Positions 59,204-64,000 of a stretch of DNA of 64,000 nucleotides are shown one piece after another (position 1 is the stretch's first letter; each line of letters opens with the position of its first letter). The notes under the pieces are model-generated. The model made no database searches. It worked only from the letters and a program-made list of their open reading frames with translations, and was not told the DNA's origin. This DNA comes from Sminthopsis crassicaudata (Eukaryota): the NCBI RefSeq assembly GCF_048593235.1, contig NC_133619.1, forward strand, positions 330,536,454 to 330,600,453. Reading direction: 5' to 3'. The position numbers and the translations under genes are program-made.

Positions 59204-62200
59204 GTTCCTAGGTTTTCTAGTCCTTTTTTCCAGAGATAATCCACTAAGGCTAGGGAACTAGTTCTTTCCCTGAGCTCTTCTGTTTTCAGAGAGAGTCAAC
59301 CCAGTATGTGCAACTAGATCTTCCCCTGAGCTCTGGCAGCCAGGAAAATGACAGGAGTCCATCTATTGGGCTCTTTTATAGGCCTTCCCTCTTAGCCCCT
59401 CCCCTCATCTATCATCAAGGTGTCAACCTCTGGCCTGATAAAGACCCCAGTTTCTCCCTAGTGAGAGTTCTCACCTGGGTGAGTTTTCACTTCTGGATTT
59501 CATTGTATTCCTGGGGCTGGGGACTCACCAGGGTGCTCACCCCTAGGCCATGCAGCCCAGAACTGTTTTCTCCAGTTTGGCACTTTAACCAAAGGAAAAC
59601 CCCAGGCCATTGCTGACTGTGTCCAAAGGATTTCAGACACCATCAAACACTGTCAGTGGTGCTGGTGTCAAGCTTCCTGCCAGGCCCCAGGGATGCCCGG
59701 CTTTCCTGCTTTGGCTCCAGTGTTCCCTGCCTGGTCCCTGGGCTGACTGGTCATTGCCCTTTCCCTGTGACCTGTGTGGTCCTGCATTGCCTAGGCATTG
59801 ATGGGATCCTGTGCCTTGCAACCTGTCCCCTCCCCCGTTCCAGTTTGTCCCTGCTCAGATTTTCAGTAGGATTGTGACATTGCTAGTCTAGCAAAGGTGT
59901 TTATAGTTACTCCTCTTTAGCTTTCTTTAACCTTGTTCCTTCTCTTATATTTTTAGAGTTTTTATGACATGTTTCTGGAAGGTTTTTAGACAATCCTTTG
60001 GGTCCTATTATTTCATCGGCTTAGTTGGAAGTCTGGAGCATGGCTTTTAATCAGGGACCTTTCAGCATATCTGGTCTCCTGCACATTATACATATACCAC
60101 AGTACTTCCGCTTCTCCAGCCCCTCGCTTCTCCCTGAAACTCCCACCCGAAACCCGAGTTCTGATCAGTGATCTTTCACTGCGTCTACCCTACAATCCCA
60201 CCAATCATGCTACATTCCCTGGTTAGCTTCACACCGCACTGCTCTGCATGTGCCCTTTCTCATCACTCCTTCCTAACTCTATCTCTGAAAACAGTAATTA
60301 AAGCTCTACTAACAAAATATCCCTTTTTTGCTAACTTACATCTTATATCTTCCCAGTTAGAATATAAGACCCTTGAGGACAGGACTTACTATCTCCTGGG
60401 CTGCTCTGCTTAGCCTATAGTCAACACTAAATAAATGCATTTTCATTATATTATTGTTCCCTTTTTCATCCTTGAAGTTTTGTTTCTCCAGATAAAATTG
60501 GTTTTTATTTTTCCTAGTCCTCTGAAGTAACACCGTGGTCTATTTGGCACAGCACTGAAAATGTAAGTTGATTTGGACAGTATCATTTTTATTCTACTAG
60601 CATAGTCCAAATATGAGCAGTTATTATATTTTCAATTATTTATGTCTGTTTTTACTTCTGTGCAGAGGGTTTTGGCTGGGAGTAGTGCTCCCTACCTGTA
60701 ACCCCTGATATTGGAAGAAGCTAAAGATGTTTTTGGTCTGCTTTAGTTGGGAGTTCTGAGATATAGCATAGTTCACCTCAGTGGATGCCTTTACAGAGTC
60801 TGAAACTGCTATTGAACCCCAGGGAGGAGAGAGCCCCAGGCTGCTGAACGAGGATCAAACTTGTTTAGCTAAGACAGTGAAATGAGGTAAAGCCTCAGAT
60901 CAATCAATAGGAAGATCAAGTCATGAGTGACTGCTATACTGCTCCTGCAGGACCATAGAGAATTCTATCTTTTGTTTAAAAAGCATTTTGTCGTTTTATT
61001 CACATGATACCTCTGTGGCACAAATGTTGAACTCCCAGATACTTTATACATTTTATAGTGGTTTTCAATCGCATTTCTTTCTCTATCTCTTCCTGTTGAG
61101 GTTTGTTAGTAACTCAGAACCTTGTTGGTTTAGTTTATGCCTTGCTAAGATTATCCCAGGCTTTTCTAAGTACACCATCATGCCATCTGCCAAAAAAAGC
61201 AAGTTTGAGGGGAGTTAGGATCTTTTGCAACAGTGTCCAAGTTTTTAGTTTGATTATGGTATTCAAGGAAAGCAATGATTCTTCAACATTTTGGTAGCAG
61301 ATACATTATATTTTCTTTTTGTTTTCAATGTTTTGATTAATATATTCTTATATTTCTTCTCTCACTGAATTTTGCTTGTAGAACTCTGGTTTTTTTTTTC
61401 AGGGAATCCACTACTTGAATAAAGTTTTTATTTTAAATGATACTTCCTTTAATTTTTTTTGTACTAAATCGAATCTTATTTCTAATTTCATCTTTTGTCT
61501 CTTGCTTACTTCTCTAGACACTCTTGTAACTCTTGGGATCAAGTTGTGTTGTTTTTTGCTTGATTTAAAATCTGTTTTGGTTTTTTTGCCTTCTCATTGA
61601 ATATGGGAGAGAGGGGAAAAGTTAGTGCTTTTGGAACTGAAGATGATATTGAATTTTTACAAAGGACTGATCATGATTCCTCAATAGATAAGTGGTCAAA
61701 GGATATGACTTTAAAAGTTTCAATGGAATCATTGCAGAGTATTCCTAATCAAATTACTAGTCATAAGAGAAAAGAAAGAAAACTTTATCTTTCTTCTCAC
61801 AAGTAAAATTTGTCTATGAGGACTAAAAAATGGCAATAGTTATTGGAGGAGGGGTTGTGGGATGATACTAATTTTATTGTTGGTGGAACTGTGAAATCCT
61901 ACAGCCATTTGGGAAAGCAATTTGGAATTATCCAAGTTAAGTGACTAAATTTTCAATATCCTTTGAACCAGAGACTGCATTACAGGGCTTATAAGGGAAG
62001 AAAAAATAAAAGTAAAGTTCCCATATAGAATAAAATTATACATTGGTACTTTTTCTTATATTAAAGGATTGGAATTAAAATTGAAGTTTATAGATTGTGG
62101 AACAAACTATGGACTATTAATGTAGGGGGATATAACTATACTTTAAGAAAAACGTTTTAAGAAGTAATGATTATAAATTTCTTAGGTGACAGTCAATAGA

Positions 62201-64000
62201 ACACTGGCCCAGGAATAAGAAAACCTGAGTTCAAAAATGGCCTCAAATATTTGCTTAGGTGCGTGAACCTGGGNNNNNNNNNNNNNNNNNNNNNNNNNNN
62301 NNNNNNNNNNNNNNNNNNNNNNNNNNNNNNNNNNNNNNNNNNNNNNNNNNNNNNNNNNNNNNNNNNNNNNNNNNNNNNNNNNNNNNNNNNNNNNNNNNNN
62401 NNNNNNNNNNNNNNNNNNNNNNNNNNNNNNNNNNNNNNNNNNNNNNNNNNNNNNNNNNNNNNNNNNNNNNNNNNNNNNNNNNNNNNNNNNNNNNNNNNNN
62501 NNNNNNNNNNNNNNNNNNNNNNNNNNNNNNNNNNNNNNNNNNNNNNNNNNNNNNNNNNNNNNNNNNNNNNNNNNNNNNNNNNNNNNNNNNNNNNNNNNNN
62601 NNNNNNNNNNNNNNNNNNNNNNNNNNNNNNNNNNNNNNNNNNNNNAGAAATATGGGAACATATGCATGAAATGATGTAAAGTGAAGTTGTTGCAGGTGTT
62701 GTTCAGTGATTTCAGTTGTATTTGACTCCTCATGCCCCATTTGAGATTTTCTTAAAAGGAAGATACTGGGGTAGTTTGTCATTTCCTTCTCCAGTTCATT
62801 TTACAAAGGCAAATGGTTTCAGCCCAGACTCACTCAGGTAGTAAGTGTCTAATGCCAAATTTCAATTTAGGTCTTCTTGATTCCAGGCCTGGCTTTGTGC
62901 ACTAACCCCCCACCCACCCCCCCGCCAAAAAAAAAAAAAAAAAGTGGTTACATCATGATCTCAAAAATGTAAATGAAAAGAAGAGCACACATAAACTCAA
63001 AAATAAATGTCACAAAATTAGAAAGCTTTAAAACGACTCCAAAATAAAGAAAAAACTACTATTACTCCATCCCTTTGAAGAAGTGGGAGGTCTATAGATA
63101 TTGCATATTCTTCATACATTTAGATTTTTTTTTTCAGAATATTTTTCTGGCTTTTTTCTTTGAAAAATACTGTATATTGAATCGCATTTGATTCTCTGAA
63201 AGGATGAGAGGAAAACTATGAGAAATTGTTATCATATAAGAAACCAAAAGATTTTTATAAAAAATGGAAATCCTCACATTTATGAAATACTTTACCATTC
63301 TGAAAAATATCCATCATAAACATTTGGCAAAGTAAGTGGTATAAGTATTAGGAGCTCGATTTTACAGATGAGGTCTCAGGTCCCAAAGGAGAAGTGACTT
63401 AGCATAAGCCACACAGCTAGTCAGTGCCAGACTTGGATTCACACTGAGATCAACTAACTTTGTGACCTGTATTACAGGGCTTATAAATGAAGAAAAAATA
63501 AAAATAAAGTCCCCATAAAGAACAAAATAAAGAGCCAAAAAAAAAAAAGATTAAACAAGCGGCTGTTTTTCTGATAACAGAGAATTATAAACAAAATGGA
63601 AGCCCATAGATTTTGGGCTAAACAAATCATGGAGTATTAATGTAGGGGGTATAATTATAGTGTAAGAAAAATATTTTAAGAAGTAATTATTATAAAGCAG
63701 CTAGGTGACAGTCAATAAAATGCTGGCTCAGGAAGACCTGAGTTAAAATATGGCCTCAAGTATTTGTTAGGTGTGTGACCCTGTGCAACAGGAAAGAAGG
63801 AAAGAAAGGAGAAAGGAAGGAAAGAAAGCAAGCAAGCAAGAAAGCAAGAATGAAAGAAATAAGGAAGGAGGGAAGGAAAGAATGAAAAAAAGAAGAATGA
63901 AAGAAGGAGGGTAGGAAAGAAAGAAAAGAAGGAAGGAAAAAAGGAAAGAATGAAAGAAAGAAAAAAAGATAAGAAAGAAAAAAGGAAGGAAAGATGAGCT

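Larger units (their letters stand above)
44305..64000 (-). repeat. Near-identical tandem type B units, period ~7.76-7.79 kb (2.5 copies visible; another TRIM is predicted just beyond the window end)
   Basis: Marker ORFs at 44626/52413/60168 and 49121/56877. The sequence at the window end corresponds to 48465 and 56220. Confidence 0.92.

Noticed and set aside
1-64000. CRISPR array, rRNA/tRNA genes or prokaryotic systems
   Set aside because: The sequence is mammalian. The tRNA-like motifs are SINE heads, and there is no repeat-spacer pattern.

Overview
Mammalian genomic DNA, very probably a marsupial and likely a dasyurid (inferred from WSINE1-type SINEs and the style of the L1 3' ends). The window is a recently expanded array of single-exon TRIM genes (RING C3HC4 - B-box2 - coiled coil - PRY/SPRY, TRIM60/61/75-like architecture). 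There are six open copies of 538-543 aa (one on +, five on -), each with a TATA+Inr promoter and a poly(A) signal, in ~6.9-7.8 kb units, plus a gene-less unit and a deleted relic. The central 11-33 kb is a nested transposon stack. An L1 is split by an env-less betaretrovirus-like ERV (6-bp TSD AAGAGC, both LTRs present, a solo LTR nested in the 5' LTR). Between the LTRs of that ERV sits a complete inverted TRIM copy flanked by ~360-400 bp direct repeats. The most notable observations are the TRIM gene inside a provirus, a 62-aa internal duplication of the TRIM coiled coil, and mosaic (gene-conversion-like) variation among copies. All alignments and divergence estimates were made by eye. N runs hide the microsatellite-bearing parts of the units.
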